Shown here in pieces: positions 26,906 to 33,787 of a DNA stretch of 45,232 bases; the first letter of the stretch is position 1; every line of letters begins with the position of its first letter. The stretch covers positions 1 to 45,232 of the forward strand of contig CAYXMJ010000002.1 in NCBI GenBank assembly GCA_964465915.1. The letters run 5' to 3'. The position numbers and the translations under genes are program-made. This DNA is from an uncultured Acidimicrobiaceae bacterium (GTDB lineage: Bacteria; Actinomycetota; Acidimicrobiia; Spongiisociales; UBA5794). A model generated the notes under the pieces. It was not told the DNA's origin and ran no database searches. It worked only from the letters and a program-made list of their open reading frames with translations.

Positions 26906-29257
26906 TCAGCGGAGGGCGGCGCCGAAGTGGTCGCCGACTCCAGTGGCACCGAGGATGCCGGCCGAGTTCTGGTGCCACACCTGGTCGCGGTTGGCGGTCA
27001 ATCCGATGCCCGATCCGTAGATGACATGGACGGCGCCGGCCTCGTTCTTGCCTCCGGCACGGTCGAACGGAACACCGATGACGAGGTCCATGAACCCGCC
27101 ACCGCCGAAGTCGCCGACGGTGACGGCCGATCCGAATCGGTCGCCGCTGCGGGCGACGCCGAGGATGCCGGCGGAGTCCCGATGCCAAAGGCGGTCGCCG
27201 GCGGCAACCAGTCCGGATCCGGCTCCCATGATGACGTTGACTCCGCCCTTGGTGTTGTTGTCCCCAGGCACTCCGACGGCAAGATCGTCTTCACCGTCGC
27301 CATCGAAGTCACCAGACGTCAAGGCTTCACCGAAGTGTTCGCCTGCCCCGGCGGCTCCGCTGATCCCGGGGCTCGCCTGGCTCCACAGTTGATTGCCGGC
27401 GGCGACCAGACCGGCGTTCTTCCCGTACAGGACATTGACGGCTCCGGCGTCGGACGCTCCGCTGAGATTGTCGAAGGGCACGCCGACAGCCAAGTCGTCC
27501 CGATCGTCGCCGTCGAAGTCACCGACGGCAAGGGCAGACCCGAAGTTGTCTCCGGCTTGGGCGCTTCCTTCGATCTTGGTCTTGCGTTGGTGCCACATCC
27601 CGTTGCCTGCGGCCCGGAGCCCTGCTCCGCTTCCGTAGATGACGTTGATGATGCCCACATCCTTGATCCCGGCGATGTTCTCCAGCGGCACGCCTACGGC
27701 GAGGTCATCTCTCCCGTTCCCGTCGAAGTCCCCTGCCGCCACCGCAGAACCAAAGGCGTCTCCGGGCTGAGCCGCACCGATGATGTCGGGGTGGTCCTGC
27801 TTCCACCGTTGGTTTCCGGCGGTGTTGAGGCCGCTGGCTGATCCATAGAGGACGTTGACCGCGCCGGCCCCAGCCCGCCCCGAGTTCGCCCCGGGCACTC
27901 CGATGGCGAGGTCGTCGAAGCCGTCGCCGTCGAAGTCGCCGGTCGTCAATGCGGAGCCAAACCCGTCCCCGGCCCGCATCGGGCCTTTGACATTGGGGCT
28001 GTCCGCCGTCCACCGCTGATCACCGGTTGCACTCAACCCCGATGGGGTTCCGTACAACACGCTGACCTCGCCGCTGTCGTCGCTGTGGCCCGGAGCCCCG
28101 ATGGCGACGTCGCTGAACCCGTCGCCGTCGAAATCGCCGCAGGTCACGGCGGCTCCGAAATGGTCGTCGACTCGGGCGAGGCCTATGACACCGGCCGAGT
28201 TCTGGTGCCACAGTTGGTTGCCGGTGCTCTCGAGGCGGGTTGGCGATCCATAGAGCACGTTGACCGCTCCGGCGTTGGCGGGGCCCGGCTCATCGTCGTC
28301 CGGTGCACCGATGGCAACATCGGAAAAGCCATCACCGTTGATGTCGCACGTCAGGTCGGGACGGGGGGCATGTGCCAGCATCACGATGTCCTTGGAGTCC
28401 GAGAACAGCGTCTGCGGGGCCTTGGAATCGTCGCGCCGGACGGATGTGTTGGCCCTTCCTTCGTAGCCTTCGCCGCTATACCGCACGTAGAAGAGGGTCT
28501 CGCTGTCGATGTCCCACACCGGAGACTCCAAGCGATGGTTGGACGTCTCCCGGACCCTCACCGCACCCCCATCGGCGGGTTCGTCGACGACCTCCCAGCC
28601 GGCGCCACCGGAGCGTACGTATGCGATTCTGAGGCCGTCGGGCGACCAGGCCGGCTGGCCGGCGTCACCGCCCGCCAAATGAAGCGTGGTGGTTCCATCC
28701 AGGGAGGTGACATGAATGCCGTCTTGGCGTTCGTAAACCAGGCGTGAGCCCGAGGGGTCCCACGCCGGGCTTATCCCGCTGCGCGTTCCGGGGATCCTCT
28801 TCTCGCCCTTCCCGGTGACCCGTATCCGCATGATGGTGCAGCACGTGTCGCGATCCATGTTGCCCTCGGTGTTGCGGCTGAAGGCGATCCAATTGCCGTT
28901 GGCGGACCACGCCGGATCGAAGTCGCCGAGTGGAGGGTCGGTGAGTTGCTCGAGGCCACTGCCGTCGACGTTGACGAGGTAGATCGCCCAGCGGCCATCG
29001 GTCCCGTCGGTGATGGGGCCGGAGAAGGCGATCCGAGTGCCGTCCGGGGAGAACGCCGGGCGGCCGATGATCGGCCGGCTGAGCGGTGCTCGGTCGTTGC
29101 TGCCGGCGCCGTTGGTGATCTTCAACTCGTAGTAGAAGTCGTCCTGCTGGAAGGTCAGGAAGGCGAAGTCGTCGTCGGCGTTGTCGGCGGCGGCAGGCGC
29201 CGCGGTGGCGATCAGGGTGAGCACCACCAAGCCGATCAGCTGCGTCAGCTGCCTCAT
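26906..29257 (-). CDS. secreted double beta-propeller protein: N-terminal TolB/PD40-like repeats + seven FG-GAP (integrin-alpha-like) repeats
   Basis: Sec signal MRQLTQLIGLVVLTLIATAAPAAA. PD40-like blades (PAFSPDGTRIAFS, PAWSANGNWIAFS, PAWDPSGSRLVYE, PAWSPDGLRIAYV). Seven repeats of FG...GDFDGDGxxDLAxGxP...GAVxVxYG spaced 66-70 aa apart. The ATG overlaps the upstream stop (ATGA). Confidence 0.85.
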   Translation of the reverse strand: MRQLTQLIGLVVLTLIATAAPAAADNADDDFAFLTFQQDDFYYELKITNGAGSNDRAPLSRPIIGRPAFSPDGTRIAFSGPITDGTDGRWAIYLVNVDGSGLEQLTDPPLGDFDPAWSANGNWIAFSRNTEGNMDRDTCCTIMRIRVTGKGEKRIPGTRSGISPAWDPSGSRLVYERQDGIHVTSLDGTTTLHLAGGDAGQPAWSPDGLRIAYVRSGGAGWEVVDEPADGGAVRVRETSNHRLESPVWDIDSETLFYVRYSGEGYEGRANTSVRRDDSKAPQTLFSDSKDIVMLAHAPRPDLTCDINGDGFSDVAIGAPDDDEPGPANAGAVNVLYGSPTRLESTGNQLWHQNSAGVIGLARVDDHFGAAVTCGDFDGDGFSDVAIGAPGHSDDSGEVSVLYGTPSGLSATGDQRWTADSPNVKGPMRAGDGFGSALTTGDFDGDGFDDLAIGVPGANSGRAGAGAVNVLYGSASGLNTAGNQRWKQDHPDIIGAAQPGDAFGSAVAAGDFDGNGRDDLAVGVPLENIAGIKDVGIINVIYGSGAGLRAAGNGMWHQRKTKIEGSAQAGDNFGSALAVGDFDGDDRDDLAVGVPFDNLSGASDAGAVNVLYGKNAGLVAAGNQLWSQASPGISGAAGAGEHFGEALTSGDFDGDGEDDLAVGVPGDNNTKGGVNVIMGAGSGLVAAGDRLWHRDSAGILGVARSGDRFGSAVTVGDFGGGGFMDLVIGVPFDRAGGKNEAGAVHVIYGSGIGLTANRDQVWHQNSAGILGATGVGDHFGAALR
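26909..28360 (-). repeat. intragenic approximately 200-210-nt periodicity encoding the seven FG-GAP blades
   Basis: On the plus strand, variants of gtcgccgtcgaagtcgcc...ccgaa recur near 27100, 27300, 27510, 27720, 27930, 28120 and 28330. The copies are divergent, not identical. Confidence 0.7.
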
Positions 29258-29727
29258 AGGATACCCGGTGGGTAGGCGGACGTGATCTTGATCGTTGCCA
29301 ACAACTGGTCGGCGCGACGCGCCAGCTCTTCGCGGTTTCCGTAGCTACCGATGACGACGTACAGACAGAAGGCCCGACCGTTCTCCGTGAAGAAGTCCTG
29401 ATAACCGGCCTGGTTGGGGATCCAGCGTTGGAGGCGGTTGGTGCCGAAGCGGTCCGGATCGATGCGACGGGGCAGCGTGCCGGGCGAGAACAGGGCCGAG
29501 TTGACCGCCTCGTCGCCGTATTCGAGGAGTGAGACGAACACGTCGCTCGGTCCCATCACTTCGACGGCGCGGCTGCCAAAGTCGCCCCGTCCCTCGGGAA
29601 GCGGGAAGGTGCCGGCGTGCAGAACCGGCTTGGAGACATCCTCGGGCTCGCGGGGCAGGTGCCTGGTGATCCGCACCTCCCAGCCAATTGGGGTGTCGGC
29701 GCGCAGGCCGTGGGCTTCAACTCTCAC
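29254..29727 (-). CDS. hypothetical protein, no recognised family, no signal peptide
   Basis: 157-aa ORF with high GC3. The GTG start overlaps the upstream stop (GTGA), and its own stop overlaps the downstream ATG (ATGA). This position in the operon supports expression. Confidence 0.6.
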   Translation of the reverse strand: MRVEAHGLRADTPIGWEVRITRHLPREPEDVSKPVLHAGTFPLPEGRGDFGSRAVEVMGPSDVFVSLLEYGDEAVNSALFSPGTLPRRIDPDRFGTNRLQRWIPNQAGYQDFFTENGRAFCLYVVIGSYGNREELARRADQLLATIKITSAYPPGIL

Positions 29728-30326
29728 GCGGCCACCCCAGCGAGTAATGCGGTGGTACCGGCAATCGCACAGGATGCCGCCAGCACGTTGTTCATGGGAT
29801 GGGCGAACGCTTCGACCCTACGGTGCAGGGCCTGCAACCCCGAGGCGGTGGTAACCCGGCGGGTCGAGAGCAGCGGCAGCGCCCGGGCGAACCCGAAAGC
29901 GATGCCAATGATGAGGCCACCCTGCCACGAGAACGTCAGGAATTCGATGAGGAACATGAGGTAGATCGCAGCGGTCGGCACGATGGTGGCCCAGCCCAGG
30001 CCAAGTTGGTAGCCGAAACCGAAGCCGACGACCCAGCCGCGATAGGTATCGAGCCAGTTTTCGTTGACCTGGCGGTGGACGGTCGGCAGGGGGATGCCGA
30101 TCCATCCCATCTCGACGGCGGCGACGATCAAGGCGAGGACGCCGATCACCACGGCAACCGCCGCTGTCGGAGGCCGGACGGACTCGGGGATCAGGCTGCC
30201 GAGCCACCCGAGCGTGATCCCGACCGTTGCACCCCCGGCGATCGAACCAGCGAAGTAGAACGCCGCCGTCGTCGCCCAGTTTCTTTCGCGTCCCTGCTCA
30301 CCGAGCGGGGTGATGCTGGCCAGCAT
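29724..30326 (-). CDS. polytopic (about six TM) membrane protein, family not recognised
   Basis: 200 aa with six hydrophobic segments (for example FYFAGSIAGGATVGITLGWLGSLI, VAVVIGVLALIVAAV, WVVGFGFGYQLGLGWATIV, GGLIIGIAFGFARALPLL). It has only one Cys, so it is not a CcdA/DsbD-type thiol transporter. GGAGAG lies 3 nt upstream of the ATG. Confidence 0.65.
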   Translation of the reverse strand: MLASITPLGEQGRERNWATTAAFYFAGSIAGGATVGITLGWLGSLIPESVRPPTAAVAVVIGVLALIVAAVEMGWIGIPLPTVHRQVNENWLDTYRGWVVGFGFGYQLGLGWATIVPTAAIYLMFLIEFLTFSWQGGLIIGIAFGFARALPLLSTRRVTTASGLQALHRRVEAFAHPMNNVLAASCAIAGTTALLAGVAA

Positions 30327-30335
30327 CGACTCTCC

Positions 30336-30413
30336 TCACGGTGACCAACTGGACCGAATCGCGGCAGCGGCGGCGATCACGACCCCGGCGACAATGATCC
30401 CGACGCTTGTCAC
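30336..30413 (-). CDS. unannotated 25-codon single-TM mini-ORF (MTSVGIIVAGVVIAAAAAIRSSWSP)
   Basis: Below the ORF-track size cutoff. The GTG at 30411-30413 overlaps the TGA of the upstream thioredoxin-like gene (GTGA), the same coupling used elsewhere in the operon. Its stop lies 9 nt before the next ATG and fills an otherwise empty 83-nt gap. The peptide has a hydrophobic core, and 19 of the 25 sense codons have G/C at position 3. Confidence 0.4.
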   Translation of the reverse strand: MTSVGIIVAGVVIAAAAAIRSSWSP

Positions 30414-31141
30414 TGCTTTTCGTCTTCTTGATCTTGGTCCGGGTAAAGGCTGGGGTGACCGGGGTAGATGCCGGCAGCCAGCAACTCGCGGTCGACGACG
30501 TCCTCACGATCGGCGTCGGCGCGGGCTTTGCGCCCTCTGCGCTTCTTGGTGTCGTCGAGGGCTTCACCCATCAGGCGTAGCAACTGGTCCCAGGTGCTGG
30601 CCGACCCTTCGCCGGCGATCGATCCGGTCGCTCCATCAACGAGAACAAAGTAGGGCGAGCCCGGTACCTGGTAGTCGTTCCAGGCCTGATCGGACATGAC
30701 CACGGGGTAGTCGCCGGACGCCAGCTTGGCGATGCGGGATGGGCTCTCCTCGTTGTCACCCTTGGTGAGCACGACGAGGCGGGTGGCGCCGAGACCCTCG
30801 GGACCCTTGTCGAACGTCTCCCAGAATTCGGCGCAGCCGAGGCATCCGCTCGAGAGGAAGGCGAGCAGTGTCTTCTGTTTGGCGCCGAGCACTCGGATCC
30901 CGATGCCATCACCCTCCGGTCCGGTGCCCGAGATGTCGTGGGCCTGGATCACTTCGCCGCGCGGGGTCGCCACGGACGGGGCGAAGTTGAGGTCCGGCGT
31001 GCCTTGGTCGTGATCGTGCTCGAGGCCCGCTCCCAGACTGTCGAGTTGGCGGAGAATCTCGGCGTGGCTGCGTAGCAGGCTCGCCACCAGCAGGCCGAGC
31101 AGGAGGATCACAGCAGCCTCGGCGATGATGAGGGCGGTCAT
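30410..31141 (-). CDS. membrane-anchored thioredoxin-fold protein (TlpA/MauD-like) with CxxC
   Basis: N-terminal TM MTALIIAEAAVILLLGLLVASLL and a thioredoxin-like core with the active-site context LLAFLSSGCLGCAEFW. Later come VVLTKGD and GSPYFVLVD, the cis-Pro region. I chose the ATG at 31141, which overlaps the upstream stop (ATGA). Confidence 0.75.
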   Translation of the reverse strand: MTALIIAEAAVILLLGLLVASLLRSHAEILRQLDSLGAGLEHDHDQGTPDLNFAPSVATPRGEVIQAHDISGTGPEGDGIGIRVLGAKQKTLLAFLSSGCLGCAEFWETFDKGPEGLGATRLVVLTKGDNEESPSRIAKLASGDYPVVMSDQAWNDYQVPGSPYFVLVDGATGSIAGEGSASTWDQLLRLMGEALDDTKKRRGRKARADADREDVVDRELLAAGIYPGHPSLYPDQDQEDEKQ

Positions 31142-31758
31142 CTGCAGTCTCCCGCCAAGCATGGCGCGGTCTGTTGACCGGTCTGGTTATCGATCCGCAG
31201 CGAGGTCCCGCAGTCGTCGAACAACTGATACGGCGGCACACAAGTCACTACCCGGCAAGCAACCGGGCCGCTGCATCCGATCTCCGTATGGCATTGGCCG
31301 TAGCGGAAGTAGTTGCAGCACACCCGTCGCCGGTCGCAGGTCGTCTCGTTGCATCGGCATCGGCAGGAGATGCACGACGGATTGCAGAAGCGGCCGTTCT
31401 CGCATCCGTTGGTGCAAGTGCACTGAGGATGGCAATCGATGTAGTAGCGGGCCTTCGGATTGCCGTTCCCGTCACAGCAATAGGTCGAACTATCCGCCCG
31501 CCACCAGCCGCCGACGAACATCCCGGGCGGGCAGCGGTTGATGCCCCGGTTGGTGGTGCAACAGAAGATGGTGTAGCCGTTCGAGCATTCGGAGTACGGA
31601 CCGCACACTGCGGCATAGGCCGTCATCGGGCGCAGGATGAAGTCGAGTGGCGCGGTCAGCAATGCCGAGCCGACGACAGCGACCCTGGCCAGGAAGGAGC
31701 GGCGGCTGTGCTCTCCACCGAGCGCTCGAGCGGTTCGTTCTGCAAGGCGGCGACTCAT
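31138..31758 (-). CDS. Tat-signal, extremely Cys-rich secreted protein with methylamine dehydrogenase light chain (MauA)-like N-terminal half
   Basis: 206 aa. Twin-arginine signal HSRRSFLARVAVVGSALL with an AYA-AV cleavage-like site. The mature part is about 157 aa with 26 Cys. The Cys spacing C-x5-C-x7-CC-x8-CPPG-x5-WW resembles MauA as I recall it (C-x5-C-x6-C-x-C-x7-CPPG-x7-W). The ATG overlaps the mauE-like stop (ATGA). Confidence 0.75.
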   Translation of the reverse strand: MSRRLAERTARALGGEHSRRSFLARVAVVGSALLTAPLDFILRPMTAYAAVCGPYSECSNGYTIFCCTTNRGINRCPPGMFVGGWWRADSSTYCCDGNGNPKARYYIDCHPQCTCTNGCENGRFCNPSCISCRCRCNETTCDRRRVCCNYFRYGQCHTEIGCSGPVACRVVTCVPPYQLFDDCGTSLRIDNQTGQQTAPCLAGDCR

Positions 31759-32297
31759 GCTTCGGCCCTCACTGGGATGACGGTGGGTAGGACGTTGAGG
31801 ATCAGATATGCGAACCACGTGCCCAGCGCCACAAATGCGACAAGGACGAGGCCGGCCAGGGGGTCGTTGGAGATCGCGTCGATGATGCCCGTCACCGGAG
31901 CCGCGACGGCACCAAGCGCAACGGCGGCCGCGGCAAGGTTGAGGATGAGGTGCGCCCATGTCGGCGGGGTGTCGTCACGCCCGAAACACCCGCACGAGGC
32001 GACGACGCCGCCCTTGGCGAGGGCATACCCGACAAAGCCGGCGAATCCGAGGTACACGATGGCGACGAGGAGAGCACTGGTGCTGCCGCCGAACAGCAGG
32101 GCGTAGCCCCCAATCGTGATCTCGGCCAACGCCATGAGCCGTACCAGCAGAGGAGATCCGGGCAAGCCGACAGAGCGAAGGGCTCGCGCCGTCTCGTCGG
32201 GACGGGCGAGCTTTGGTGCCCCCGCCACGATGAGGAGGAGGGAGGCGATGTAGAGCGGTCCAGCCATCGTCTGCATCGGTGGCGGGGATAGTGGCAC
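31755..32297 (-). CDS. MauE/DoxX family redox-associated membrane protein
   Basis: 180 aa, about four TM helices. N-terminal ...LLLIVAGAPKLARPDETARAL and the conserved CGCFG motif (VVASCGCFGRDD), typical of the MauE family. The start codon is uncertain (GTG 32297 or internal Met codons). Confidence 0.8.
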   Translation of the reverse strand: MPLSPPPMQTMAGPLYIASLLLIVAGAPKLARPDETARALRSVGLPGSPLLVRLMALAEITIGGYALLFGGSTSALLVAIVYLGFAGFVGYALAKGGVVASCGCFGRDDTPPTWAHLILNLAAAAVALGAVAAPVTGIIDAISNDPLAGLVLVAFVALGTWFAYLILNVLPTVIPVRAEA

Positions 32298-32333
32298 CTC
32301 AAATCAAGATGTCAAACGCGGTGTATGTCCAGG

Positions 32334-32555
32334 TCAGCGGTAGAAGAGGCTGGAAACGACGATGGCGGCGCCGGCGGCAGCGACCAGCAGCGACACAAAG
32401 CGGATCAGGAAACTGGTCGAAGCCATGAGACCCCCGCTTGATCGCGAGTACCGCGACGGCCAATGGGCGGCAAGGCGATCCACCAGGTCGAGGGAGTTGG
32501 AGGCCAGCGCCACGCCGATGAGGAGAACGGCCACGCCAAAGACGATGAGGCCCAT
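32334..32555 (-). CDS. small two-TM membrane protein (73 aa), probable first gene of the operon
   Basis: The internal ATG at 32555 is preceded by AAGGAG with 6-nt spacing. The product is MGLIVFGVAVLLIGVALASNS...FLIRFVSLLVAAAGAAIVVSSLFYR. The stop lies 36 nt before the mauE-like start. Confidence 0.5.
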   Translation of the reverse strand: MGLIVFGVAVLLIGVALASNSLDLVDRLAAHWPSRYSRSSGGLMASTSFLIRFVSLLVAAAGAAIVVSSLFYR

Positions 32556-32663
32556 CTTGACTCCTTGCTTGTTCCTCCCATGATACGAGTGATCGGCGAT
32601 GGCGAACAGAGCATTCTGGATCCTCCACGACTTGGGCACGCTGCCTTGGGTAGCATGCACAAC

Positions 32664-33077
32664 ATGCCCGACCAACCCTCGGTTCTGTTTCTCTGCACCC
32701 ACAACGCCGGGCGGTCGCAGATGGCGGCTGGGTGGCTTCGGCACCTTTCGGGAGGAGCGGTCGCGGTGTATTCGGCAGGCTCGAACCCCGGTAGTGAGGT
32801 GAATCCGGTGGCCGTTGCGGCGATGGCCGAGGTCGGCATCGATATCGCCTCGGCTCAGCCGCAGAAGTGGACCGACTCCATGGTACGCGTCGCCGACGTG
32901 ATCGTCTCAATGGGGTGTGGCGACACGTGCCCGGTCTACCCGGGCAAGAGATACCTCGATTGGGAACTCGACGATCCCCACGGTGCCGGGATCGACGCGG
33001 TGCGTCCGATCCGCGATGAGATCGAGGTCAGGATCCGCGGGCTGCTGGCCGAGTTGGAAGTCACCCCCGTTGCCTGA
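32664..33077 (+). CDS. arsC: arsenate reductase, low-molecular-weight phosphatase family
   Basis: P-loop LFLCTHNAGRSQMAAGW and a downstream Cys pair in MGCGDTCP. 137 aa. There is no Shine-Dalgarno sequence; a TAGCAT -10-like hexamer ends 7 nt before the ATG. Confidence 0.85.
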   Translation: MPDQPSVLFLCTHNAGRSQMAAGWLRHLSGGAVAVYSAGSNPGSEVNPVAVAAMAEVGIDIASAQPQKWTDSMVRVADVIVSMGCGDTCPVYPGKRYLDWELDDPHGAGIDAVRPIRDEIEVRIRGLLAELEVTPVA

Positions 33078-33090
33078 ACAGCAGGTCTCC

Positions 33091-33780
33091 GTGGGGAGGA
33101 GGGTTACCGCAGAGTTCGTCGGCACAGCGTTCTTGCTTGCCGGGATCGTGGGTTCGGGCATCATGGCCAGCAGGCTGACCTCGGATTCCGGGCTCCAGCT
33201 GCTCCAAAACGCCTTGGCCACGGGCGCTCTGCTCACGGCTCTCATCCTCGCCTTTGGCCCGCTTTCGGGAGGACACTTCAACCCAGTTGTGACGGGCGCC
33301 GACTGGTGGTTTGGTGGTCTGCCCCGCAGCGAAGCTCTTGCCTACGTTGGGGCGCAACTCGGCGGCGGAATCCTCGGCGTCATGATTGCGAACCTGATGT
33401 TTGATCTCGACGCCATAGCCTGGTCGACCACCGACCGCACCGGCGTCAACCTCTGGTTGGCCGAGGTCGTTGCCACCTTTGGGCTCCTCATGGTCATCTT
33501 TGGTGTGGTTCGCTCGGGCCGGCACGGCGTTGCTCCCTTTGCCGTCGGCGCCTACATCGTCGGTGCGTTCTATTTCACCTCATCGACCAGCTTTGCCAAC
33601 CCGGCGGTGACCGTGGGTCGGATGTTCTCGGATACGTTTGCCGGCATCGCCCCCGCATCGGCGCCCGGGTTCGTTGTCGCCGAGATCGTCGGCATGGTCC
33701 TGGCGGTGGTTGCGGTGCGGTTCCTGTATCCCGATGTCGATGAACATGCGGTGGAAGTCGTCGTCCCCCACGGCGGCTAG
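33091..33780 (+). CDS. MIP/aquaporin family channel (probable arsenite/metalloid channel by context)
   Basis: Two NPA-type motifs (HFNPVVT and FANPAVT) and six TM segments. I chose the GTG at 33091, 13 nt after the arsC stop. Confidence 0.85.
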   Translation: MGRRVTAEFVGTAFLLAGIVGSGIMASRLTSDSGLQLLQNALATGALLTALILAFGPLSGGHFNPVVTGADWWFGGLPRSEALAYVGAQLGGGILGVMIANLMFDLDAIAWSTTDRTGVNLWLAEVVATFGLLMVIFGVVRSGRHGVAPFAVGAYIVGAFYFTSSTSFANPAVTVGRMFSDTFAGIAPASAPGFVVAEIVGMVLAVVAVRFLYPDVDEHAVEVVVPHGG

Positions 33781-33787
33781 GAGGCCG

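Noticed and set aside
26885-27841. 318-aa plus-strand ORF (and several 60-220-aa ORFs up to 28747) inside the FG-GAP region.
   Set aside because: It is antisense to the FG-GAP repeat gene. The repeats keep all frames open, and the minus-strand product has unmistakable repeat motifs and a signal peptide.
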